Shown piece by piece: positions 24,984 to 36,200 of a DNA stretch of 64,000 nt (position 1 is its first letter; every line of letters starts with the position of its first letter). A program made the translations under genes and the position numbers. The stretch covers positions 62,001 through 126,000 of the forward strand of contig DF237087.1 of NCBI GenBank assembly GCA_000708835.1, in the 5' to 3' direction. The DNA comes from Klebsormidium nitens. Its lineage: Eukaryota; Plantae; Klebsormidiophyceae. The notes beneath the pieces were generated by a model. That model ran no database searches, was not told the DNA's origin, and was given only the letters and a program-made list of their open reading frames with translations.

Positions 24984-27913
24984 TTAGAACAGCTTCCGGC
25001 CCCTGGACTCCGTTCCGTTTCCGGCGGCGCAACCGGTGGTCGGGGTGCCGACGGCGTTGCCGGACGCCGGAAAACCGGTCACGAGCTTGTTCACTGTCGC
25101 GGCGTCCTGAGCGAGCGCCACCTGGACGACGTTGGTCGGCAGGCCGCCGCCAAACATGGTGCGGGCCAGGAACTGCTGGGGAAGAGGGGTCTAACGTCAG
25201 CCGTGTTGGGCGTAGGATAAGGGTTTCAGTGGTCCAGAGAACGGTGGAGGAACGAAGTGGAAGGAATCGAGGCTAGGGAAAGGGTCTACGGAAGAGGATA
25301 CAAATGCTAGAAGACGCCTCAGGGAGTGTAGTCGAACGTGCTCGCAAAATGTCGGGACCAATCTCTAGACGATCCACCTTCAGAAAGCCGAGTGCGAATT
25401 CAGTGTCGTCGAATGTAATTGGCTGAACAACGTTTACTCTTCATCCGCAAGTTACGGATCCAGACACGAGCTGAGCCCCGTCGAGTCTGAACGGCTTTCC
25501 TCCACGTTCACAAAAGCAAGGACCACCAGATTCTCAAGCACAAAAATCGATCCAAGTAGACAGGCCGGTTCAACCAACCGAGCACCGTGTCTCAGTGTGA
25601 CAGTAGGCCAGAACCAGTCCACCGACCTGAGTCCCCGGGTTCTCAGAGTTGACAGCGGCAAGCGCCACGGCGGGCTGGCTCTGGTTGAAGTTCTGTTGGA
25701 AGTGAACCAGGCCGCGGGGGAAGACGAACACGTCGCCCACGTTCAAAGTTGCATCGAACAGTTTGTCTGCACCGAAAGTGGGAGAGATGAGTGAATGGGC
25801 GTGAACGATGGCGCGGTGTCAATGGCGGAGGAAGAAGTTCTGACGAAGACAAGGCAAGGTTGTTGTTGGGCTCCGAAAGCAGCCACAAAAGATGGATGTC
25901 TCGAATACAGGATACAACGGTAGGTGAACCGCCCTGGAAGTGGATCTTTCATACATTTCCTACCCAAATCTCACTCTTTGGACAATGATCTGGGTGAGAC
26001 AAGAAGACCTCGAGTGGTAACGTTACCAACCCGCACAACAAAATTATACTGCACCAGCATAAATCTAAACCAACCCGCAAACCGACACCTTAACCCGCTT
26101 ACCAAACTATCTCGCAGACTTCGGCCAGACGCTTGGGCAGCAGACTTACTGTTGGAGTCCACGAAGCCCACGTAAAGCTGGCCCGACACGACGTAGAGAA
26201 TCTCGGTGGCGCGGGGGTGGGTGTGGGGGGGGATCTGGCCGCAGGGGGCGTAGGACAGGTACACGTAAGCCAGGCCCTGACCCCTGAAAACGAAACGGGG
26301 GGCAATATGTCAGATATGTTTGGGGGAGGTGAAACGTCAGTTCTGCTTCGGGGTTGTGATGAAAGTGCGCACTGGAGAGAGGAAAGACCAGACCTTGGGC
26401 TTCCGGGATTACAATTGTGAGCTTTATTAGACACCACCCGAAGTGGGTTTTTAGACAGCCAGCCACAAAATCTACGATTACTCCAGAGATCTCAGTACCC
26501 AGTGCTTCAGTGTCAGAGGCCTAATCATCCGCAGTGACGGCCAAAACAGCAATAACATCAACTGTTCATTGAATTTTTTCGCAAACACCTTTGGTTGATT
26601 GTCTATCCAGACCACAGCTTCTAAAGCAATAGGACATATTCGAATGAACTTCGAAGGCGCTTCTCGCCAACATCAAACAAAAGTATTTGACCCCACATGA
26701 TTAGGAACAATTTCAGGCGCGGGCGGGTGAGCTACCTAGTCGATTCCATCTTTTGAATTGGCAGCTGCGGTGATTTGGAACAGCATAAGGGTTCCGCTGA
26801 TCAGACTTACTTGAGGCCCGGGAGGGCGGGCGGCGCGGCAACCGCAGCGTTGGCCCCAACTCCGGCGGGAATGGTGACCTTGTTGAGTCCGCGGAACGTG
26901 AAGTCAGCACCGGTGGCTAAAGAAAAGAGACAAAGCAGTCAAGTAGTCAGCAATTATTGGATAAGAAGATTGGGTCAGGCAGCTTGAAGCTTAGGAAAGC
27001 CCGCAAAATTATTTTTGTGGTTTAGAACAGTATGAGGGCGTGTAATGACTTGAAGTGATATGATTGGTTAGTGGCAACACCGGTTTCTTGAACGATTGAT
27101 TTTCCTTCAGAAACTGAAGCACTGGTCCAACAAGGGTACAGCAAGCCTCATGGATCAGGAGACAACATAGTAGCGGCTCATTGTCACGCAAGGTGCATAA
27201 GTCAAACTTGATACAGGATGTCACCAAGGAGGAAACAATTCTATACAAATGCCGAAGGTGTAGAAATGAAGGACTAAACTCTGGCATGCGCACTCCGACC
27301 CCACTTCCAATTGAAACATCAAAATCCTTTACTCATAAGCTGCTTTCGAATTTTACAAGAGTCAATCGGAACGAGAGACAGAGCCACGCAGAACTACAAT
27401 TCCCACTGACTTGAGTAGAAGCCTTACGGAACCTCATATCTTCCTCATATATTCGAGACCAGTTGGACGGTAGGAAAAAGGGCACTGGGCAATAGTCAAA
27501 CCAGCCAATCAGGGCAACCGACACCTCTAGTGTGCCCGGCCCGCAATTGAGAGCAATCCTTTGCAGAAATTAACCATCTTGCAGCCTACTTCTCACAATT
27601 GACGGTGCTTGACACAACAAGACACCTTCCCCTTTGCAGCATTGAAAAGAGCCCGCAATGGCAAAAGAACTGAGCAAGGATCGCCAAGCAACCCCGTACT
27701 ACCCCTGAATACCAACCCCCTGATCCAGTGCTACCAAGCTTGATTTTCACCAGGACAATTAAGTGCAAAACTTCGTTGCTTACCTGTGGTAGCAGTTTTT
27801 CCGTCAATGATAAAGTCCGCCAGTGGGTCCGGGTCGGAAGCGGACACCAGGAAGGCCGGAACGGACACCACCAGGAGCAGTGCCGCCAGAACTGACGTCA
27901 GCTGGGGAGCCAT
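24984..27913 (-). CDS. GLP: Germin-like protein (cupin_1), secreted, 5 exons
   Basis: Exons 27913-27784, 26916-26811, 26283-26150, 25766-25627, 25175-24984(TAA), phases consistent. Signal peptide then SDPDPLADF; [15 protein letters not shown]; [16 protein letters not shown]; NSENPG; ends TESRGRKLF*. Confidence 0.92.
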
Positions 27914-28066
27914 TGTCTTGCAGATTCTTGGCCGGCTGTTGCGCAAAAGAGCGAGGCGGATGGGAAGACGTTGCTATGAGTGAAAAGAGGAGGGGGCGAA
28001 GGGCAATTGAGAATGTTGGGAATTGAGGACCAGAGATTTGTGACGAAGGGCTGTTCCGAAGCGCTG

Positions 28067-28074
28067 CTTTTATA
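28067..28074 (-). promoter_or_regulatory. Putative TATA box of the minus-strand germin-like gene
   Basis: TATAAAAG on the minus strand, 154 nt upstream of the ATG at 27913 and followed by a pyrimidine-rich leader. Confidence 0.55.
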
Positions 28075-30074
28075 GAGGGAGGAAGACGCACTTGCACTGA
28101 AGTGCAGTTCGTGCTAGCTGAACGTCTTTCAAGCTCTACGGTACAGGTAACAGCAGTGGAGGATGGGGCACTGGCTGCTGGCTCCTGGGCCGGCGGCCCG
28201 CCAAGTCGACGATGCGGCGCTGACGCACGCGGACGCAATCGGGGCAGGCACAGAGGCTCACGTCCTCTCGACACGTCCCGATTTCAGAAAACCCGTACAT
28301 TATCGTCAAAGTCGGGTTTTCGCCGGCCTGCCGGGCTCGTGCGACCGGGAATGTCCTTTCTTTACGGTCGTTTTGGGGTTTCCGGTCAACCGGGTCGCTG
28401 TTATAACTTATCAGACCTGTCAGAGATATCGTAAAGACTGGAGCAATGTGCCCGGGAGCCTGGGCAGTAAACGCTTTGGGGCCGGCATTGAGTTTCGCGG
28501 TCGATCGCCCGTGACGGACTGTACGGAAAGAAGTCTGGTTTGCTTTCACATGCCGTCTTGCTTCCGCGAAGCTCAGCATGACGTTGGTCACATGGCTCGT
28601 GACGATTCTTTCTATGACGTAGCTACCGAGCAAACTGCTTGCAGATTGCATCTTCGAAAATCGCTGTCGAAGTGGACTCTGCAACGATTGGCACTTAACA
28701 TTTCGACGACGAACCGGGAGCGACTTGCTGACCTCACCTGCATCCGCATTTCTGACGTCTTACATTTGTAAACGTCAGCATGTTCTGCTGTCATTGCCCG
28801 TAAAGTGCGGCCTGAGCTTCTTCAGGATGTGAAGCATCACGTGCAGCAGATTGAACTTAGCCAACTCATAGTCCCCAACTTGGTGTGGCCGACGGCCGGC
28901 GAAAGTTCTCAGTCGTACGGAAGTTTTGACTTCATTTCCTGATAAATTACAAGAAGTCCGGAATCCGACCTGGCGGCAAATGCCTCTAGGCACATGGTGA
29001 ACACGGCCATCTTCAATATGATCTTGAGTTTAGATGGTCGTGCATGGCGTCGCCCATATCACCCAAGGCTTAACCAACGATCACCATGTTTTCCGATCAT
29101 GTTGATTCACAACTCCCTCTTTATATGCGCAGCTAACGGATGGTTCTGCACACGTCTGTTTTTTGTTCGCGCCCGCTTTGGCTTCCAATAGCAAGTCATT
29201 GTAAGCTGGCCATAATGTACTTCAGTACGTCATGTGTGTGCATCATCCCCACATGAGGATTGCACATATAGTTGCCGTCAAGAGCCTGGCATTACCCGTT
29301 TTGTTGAACGACTCTTACGCACCTTTAAACGTGTGTTTAGTGGAGCGTTGGAATTCAAGGGCAAATTTGCACCACTACTATGCGAGGGCACTGCTCGTAG
29401 CACAGTGGCTGTCACATTGAATCGTTCTTCACAGATTGCATACTCCATTCCCAGGCTGGGACGGCCATCGCTTGCGGTCAGACTAAGTTTCATCTAACCC
29501 AGGCTTCTCCCTGGCGATTGCCTCCAAATTCGACCTCTTCTGCAAGACGGGAAGAACGCCCGTTCAGAACTTAACGGTTGCAGACTCAACAACGTACTGA
29601 CGCAGCAAGCAATTAATTTGACAAACCTTTTTTGTGACTTTCGCTACTGGACAAAGCGGACGATACTCAGAGATGCTTCGCCCATTTGTGATTGCAACAT
29701 TCCGAACCCCCCAAGGCAGTGATGCAATAAGTGTTTGAGCAGCCACAACCTCAGAATCCCGTAACACATTTGAGTAAAACCTAAAAAAATTCTGACTGCG
29801 GATCAAAAGAAGGCCTTATCCGGCCATCTAAGCCGGAGGCTCAACATTTCCCCTCTGCTTTTTTTAATTTACCCTCAAACCGGTGTGATATGCTAAAACT
29901 CAGATTCACTCCCTCAACGAACCAGAAACGTCGAAGATTTGTGCACTCTCCAACTCGATGCGGCCTCAAAAGCACCTTCTCACCCTCGAAACCTCGTCGA
30001 GTCCCTCCCTCCCTAGATTACCCCTGTCTTGGCCCCTGGTCAGCATCGAACCCGAGAAAGAAAACGACATAAAT

Positions 30075-30110
30075 TGATAAAATGATAAAATGATGAAATG
30101 ATAAAATGAT
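30075..30110 (+). repeat. 8-mer minisatellite (TGATAAAA)x4.5
   Basis: TGATAAAA TGATAAAA TGATGAAA TGATAAAA TGAT downstream of TAF1. Confidence 0.9.
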
Positions 30111-30226
30111 CGCACTCGGACGGTTGGATCGGTTTTGGGGCTGGGGTCGGTAGGGGTGCGGAGCAGGTATTCTTTGGGGTTGCGGTTTCTAGTTGGAGTT
30201 TGATATCAACTTCAGCTTTCCGTGAC

Positions 30227-33200
30227 CTAATTCCCCTTGAATTCCAGCGTCCATCTCACCGCTTCGACCGCCGTCATGAAGGCGTCAAAGAGCCGGTCCG
30301 CTTGCGGAGGGATCCCCTCGTAGTTGTACGTATGTGCGTTCGCCCGGATCAGCTCCATGTCCGCGACGAGCTCCTCCACCGACTTGTACGCGGCCGCCTT
30401 GAGAGCCTTTTCCTTCATCACTGTCAGGCACATCGGCCTGCATCCGGGAAAGAAATAAAAAAGTAAACAGATAAATCTCAATAAACATACTAGATAAATG
30501 AAGGTGGGGTTATTTACGATTTGAAAGCTCTTCGGAGCGTGGGCCTGGGTTTCTAGAGCGCTCGAGACCTGGAAAAGTTCAGAAGTTCGATCTCCTCATG
30601 TTCATCCGATCCATATCTTAGATTAGGATAGCTCTGCTTTCTGCTACAATTCAAATTCCACAAGACGCAATCTGCTCAAGCGCGCCAAATTGAAACCCGA
30701 TGTAGAGTCTAGCTGTCTCTTGTTTGAACGACCTAGAGGCTCCGCGGCAAACACTTCAAGCGTCGCTTTAGACAACCAGGGGGTAACAGGATTTTGGCAA
30801 ATCCAGTGGGCAGGAAATCGGCTGAATGCTCACAAAAGTGAGATGCTAGGCCCAGCCGTTTTTTCAAAAGACAACTGATCTGACGTCACAGTCGTACAAC
30901 CGAACGAGCGCATGATGCAACGTCCGCGACAGACGGTCAGACTTGAGGTTGGGCTCACTGCCCAAACAAAACTCTCAAAGTAATCTGATTGCGAGGAAAA
31001 ATAGTGAGCGAGCCAGCAGCGATCTTCCCACCGTGTGATAATGTCGTAGTAATCAGGCACCAATTTCTCATCCACTGGGTCGAGGAACGGATACGACTCC
31101 GTCAACTTTTCCTCCAGCCGTTTCAAGATCCTGTAGAACTCTCGGTTCAGCTTCCGATTCGGCTGCGGCCGCTGCTTTTTTTCCGGGGGGGACGCCTGAC
31201 TCCTCTCCGCGGGCCGCTTCTGACCCCCCGAAACGTCGCCCTCTGCACGACACACGAAGCTCAACGTCCCCTTGAGCTTCTTGGGCTTAGGTTCCGTTTC
31301 CGTCGACTCCTCTTCCGTTTTCCGCGGCCGTTTCAGCGACACGAGCGTGCTCGGCGCCCTCCGGGGGGCGTCGACCACCTTAGGTGTGAGCCCCCCGAAA
31401 GAACCCCCCGCGCCGGGGGGCTTCTTTCGCGAGATCGCAACTTTCGTCCCCTCAACTCTCACCGCTTCATTCACTAGCAAAACCGTCTGCCTCGACGGCC
31501 CTTCTACCCCATCCGCATTATACATCGGACACGCACGGTTCGTGCTCATATGCCCAACTTGCCCGCACTTGAGACATACCCTATCCGTCCCCTTCCCCCC
31601 GGTCTTCGGCGTCGGCGTTCCCTCGCCCCCCCTGTGCTTCAGCCCTGTCGTCTGCACACTTAGCCCCCCTTTGCCGAACTTCTTCCCCTTCACGCCCCCC
31701 TTGAACGGCGACTTTCGTGACTTAATCATCGCTTCGTCTTCCTCCTCCACTAACCCCGTCCGCTGAACCTTCTTCTTCATCCCCGGTTTCGGCCCGGGGG
31801 CCGCCTTCGCCCCGCCTTTCGACCCCCCCGCCGCGGCCGCTTTCTTCTCCTTCTCCCGATAGAACTCGGCAATCTTCTCAGGGTCTCGCAGAAACTCCTC
31901 CACACGGACTTCCTTCCCGTCCACTTTTCGGATCCGCACGACTTTCACGACTTTCGGCAACTGCTGCGCGGGCGCGGGGGCTTCGGGCGGTTCCGGCAGC
32001 TCCGGTTCGACCTCGCCCTTGTCCTCTGCGGTATCGGTGTTCCCTTGCACCTGCTCGTCGTCCTCTTGCAGCATCTTGCGCAGCTCCTCTGCCTCGGCCT
32101 GCAGAGGACGGGCCGAAAAGACATTCAGAGCCCAGCGGCGGTACCAAAGTTAAAGCGGCCTACCAAAGAACAAGCGAAGGAAGTCAGAACAAGCGGCGTA
32201 CCAAAGAACAATAGCGCAGCTCTGCATATCAGGCCCAGCTACGTCCAGCAGACCCGAAAGTGAAGCATCTGCCTGCGAGTTGCAAACACGCTTGTCAACA
32301 AGGATTGCCTTGATCGGGCCATGGGCTGTCCTGCCAAGCAGCTCACAATAATCGGCCCTTCTCAGGAACACACGACACACGATGAAGGAACGCCAGACCC
32401 TTGAGTTTCGCCGTCCTTCCTTTTCGGCTCTGCCAAAGATTACCGCTCCTTTCCGATGTCGACAAAGCAGGTTCAATCGGTAGAGCTTCAGCAAAAACCG
32501 CCCGAATGACGTATCGACCCTCAAGCCCTGGAAACTCACGACGCCAGAACAGAAAGCTCAACCCCTTACTCTACATCTTCTGTCACCCCATCTTTTCGTC
32601 CTTTAGCGGCTCTTCGTGCACCCTAATCTGCAACTCCCAACACGCCAAAGCCTTGAAAAGCAGAAGTCCTGAAGCCTACAAACTTACAATCGAACAAATG
32701 CTCTGCTAAAAAACGCTTGCGGTACCACCTTTTCGTCCTCCAGTCGCTCTTCCCGTTCGCGCGCGCTGCGCCTCCCTGTTAAAAAGCTCAGACCATCAAT
32801 TCTTACCCCCAAAACCCTTCAAATCCAGAGACTTGTAGCCTCCGAAACCTCAGAAACCCTAAACCGATAGTTCCCACCCACCTCCCTCGTCCTCCAGTTG
32901 CTCCTCCCGTACCCCCGCCTGCAGTGCCTTCTTGTTGGAAGCCTTGTAACTCAAAACCTTAACCTCGGATATGCTAACCTGAAAACCCTTCACCTGAAAA
33001 ACTGAGAAACGAAAAAACGAAACCCAACCCACCTCTTCGTCCTCCAGCTGCTCCTCCCGCACCCGCGCCTGCAGCGCCTGGCGTCCGCGCCCGAACCCCT
33101 TGGACCCGTCCTTCTTCTTGGCGACCTCCTCGTCTTTGTCGCCCTCCTCGAGCGCCGCCTCCAGTTCCTTCGCGAACGAGTCCATATCGCTGCCCTCCCC

Positions 33201-36200
33201 GTCGCTGCCAGCCTCCTCGGGGACTTTCTCGTCCGCCAACGCCTGCACCAGGTGTTTAACATCAGTGCCAAGATTCTCTTCGACTTGGTGCTCATTGTCA
33301 TTCTGCCAGTGAGCCTTTCGTGGGGATGAGAATCCCAATCGTTACGTCCAATTGAGTATCCAAGTGTGTCAATGCGAGCTCAATACTTCATTCCTTACCG
33401 TAAAGTGACTGGCAGGCCACAATCAACCCAGTGCTCTGAACAGTATCCGCGCCTTATGGTTGATGTGACTGACCGTCCGAAACCAGTGCTCTGAACTGAA
33501 ATTCTACGCCTTGCTGATGATGTGACTGGCACCTAGACGTCAAAGGCGCTTGGCTCTTCGGCGGACTCTCTTGCAATGATCGGAAAGAAGCGCACCCAGA
33601 AAACATAAAACCCCAACACGTTTGCCTGAATGGTGCTCTAATCTGAAGTAAAGCGTCAAGTCGCAAAAGATTAACACCCTAATATCCCGAACCGGAAATC
33701 CTAAATCTTAAGCCCTCCTCACCTTGAGCTGCGCGTCCCAGATCTCCTGCGCCTTCTTCATAAAAATCTCCTGCTGCTGCATCAGCGTCAGCCGGCTGCC
33801 GCGCGCAAACTTGTTGGCGGTCGCGCCCGCGCGCCCCTCGAGCGCGGCCGCGCTGCTGAACTTGCGCACCATCTCGATGCGGCGCCAGCGGTTCTTCGGG
33901 ATGTCGGCCTCGCGCACGCCGAAGTTGAGCAGCATCTGCCGCGATGCGGCCATGCTCAGCCGGCGCAAATCCGCGTCCGTGCCTGACAGGTACGTTTAAA
34001 GTCAGGGTTAGACCTTTAGAATTAGGAAAGTGAAGTTTTTCGAACTCGTCTTTCGAGTCCGCATCGGAGCTTGAACAGCAAATGGCGCAATGCTCAGCCA
34101 GCAGAAGTCCGCGTCCGTGCCTGACAGAGAGGGTTTGAAATTAGGATTCATCTTTGTGACAGGAGTTTGGGGTTCTCCGAATCCTTGTTCCGGGTCCGCG
34201 ACCGAACTTTAGCAGCATCTGCGGCTACGCCGCCATGCTCAGCCGGCGCAGGTCCGCATCCGTGCCTGGAAAACAGGGTTATGCCAAGCCTCAAGCTTAG
34301 CGTTGAGAAATTGGCATGAGGAGTTTACAATCTGAGAGAGCTGATGCTGGTCTGACACGTTGGGTTTCCAAGCGCAGGGTTTTAAAGTAGGAGCGCGAAG
34401 AAGGTTTCTGGGGATGCGAAGTAACCCCAGATGTGGAAGAGGCATTCAGAGGGTAATCAAACCCAGCAGTTGGCTGCATCGCCAAAGATCCCTCATCACG
34501 GCCTGGACTGGACCAGCCCTCTTGGGCTCTGCCGCAAAAGAACGGGGACAAATTTAACGCCTCTTGTGCAAATGAAATTAACGCCGGGGGCAGCACTGAG
34601 AACTTTCATGCACGGTCTGGCTGAACATGATCGGCTTTCTTGCATAGAGAGACAACATCCAAGCAAAGATTGGTTCACATTCTGTGGCACCCCTGAGCCA
34701 GACACATCAAACCTACTGAGATCAACGTCAATACAAGGTCCTAATAAAATTGACCAACGTTAGTTGCTCTCTGGAGTTCCCTGGCCCAGTCCCCATGATC
34801 CACGAGGAAGCCAAATGTCCCTCGTCATAGCCTTTGACCGTCTCGCCTTCGACCGTCTATTTGTCAATTTTGGCATGAAAGACCCTTAGGGAAACGCCTC
34901 CTTCAACATACGAACCTAAAACAACTCGCTTCCTGAGTTCCTCTGGTCCACCATCAAAAGCGACTAGAGAACGTCGTCAGCAAGAACTGAAAGGCGTCAG
35001 CATTTACAGGTCGGATGCTATCGAGGTAACTTGCAATCTCTCAGAACCGCTGCGCCTATTCCACCCCGTTGACAAAAGTTCTTCAGGCCGCGTTCCAACC
35101 TAGACTTTCAGGAAACAACATCGTGATTGTCCTGGGGTGGACAGCCAGGAACCCTAGGCACAAAGTTGGCCATCTTTCTTTTGCCAGCTGTCCCTCTTTG
35201 GAGCCCACAAAGACTCGCCACAAAAACTAAAACTTGAAATCGAAGCCATGTAGGAGGCATGCCGTTACCGAGGCAACACTAAACCTAGAATCGTTTCCCT
35301 ACAAACCGGTAAAGGGGTCCTCTTTGCAAAGTCAAGGGTTGCTGAGTACTCCAGCTTGGCAAGAATCATAATCTGCCACACAGCGGGACTATTGTTGGAT
35401 GGTGCTGGCATTTCACAACCCCACCAATTGCAGCCAGCCAAAGAAGAAACTCGACGCTTTGACTGCAAGCCCAAGGATCGTGACCCGCTTTTGCCAAGCG
35501 GCACAAAAGTTGACGACTGACAGGGCCGACAACGCAGTAATCCTCCAAGATGTCTTCACGTCAGCATACCTCCTGAGATTTCGTTTCGTAACTCAACTAG
35601 CAAGAAAGCGCTGCTTCTACGAGAAAAGAGTCAACGGAATGCTGTGGGCAGTCAAAAGTATCGGCTGCGTTCTGACGCGTCTGCCAGTCTTGGAAAGTTT
35701 CATTGCCACAGATCACGATCGCTGACCCGGTTACTCAAGGTCGATGCGAATCATGCCGCTAAAGCACGCTGGCGAGCCCTTGATCAGAAGAAACATTCAA
35801 GAGATGCCATGACCAAGGGTCGAAGGGTCCGTAAGTCGCAGCACTTCGGAAAGGAGACGGCGATGAGTCCCGACAGAGCCGGGGGAGCCGTCAACTGGTA
35901 GGCGCCATGAGATGCACGCCAACATGCAGTTCTGATTGCTTCACTGAGAAACATGGCTATCCGAGCACGATCGAACGGAGGTTTGCGAATCTGATGTGAC
36001 GGCCATCAGGAATAGAGTATGGCAAAGGTGCCCTTGCCAAGCCGCAATTCCATCCTCGCCGCAGTCGATCGACGTGCTCCCTCGAGCAAGTCAACATGCT
36101 GCAAAAGCTTCCTACTTCTCGAACGGTTTGGCAGTTCATACGGCAAGTTCCTCACCGCAACCAATACGAGAAGGCCTTGGAGCTTTTGACGAATCAAAAC

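Noticed and set aside
30989-31766. Long plus-strand ORFs (162-164 aa) opposite TAF1, and similar ORFs opposite UGT80, SCYL1 and the F-box gene
   Set aside because: Shadow ORFs from GC-rich codon usage on the real coding strand; no recognisable motifs.
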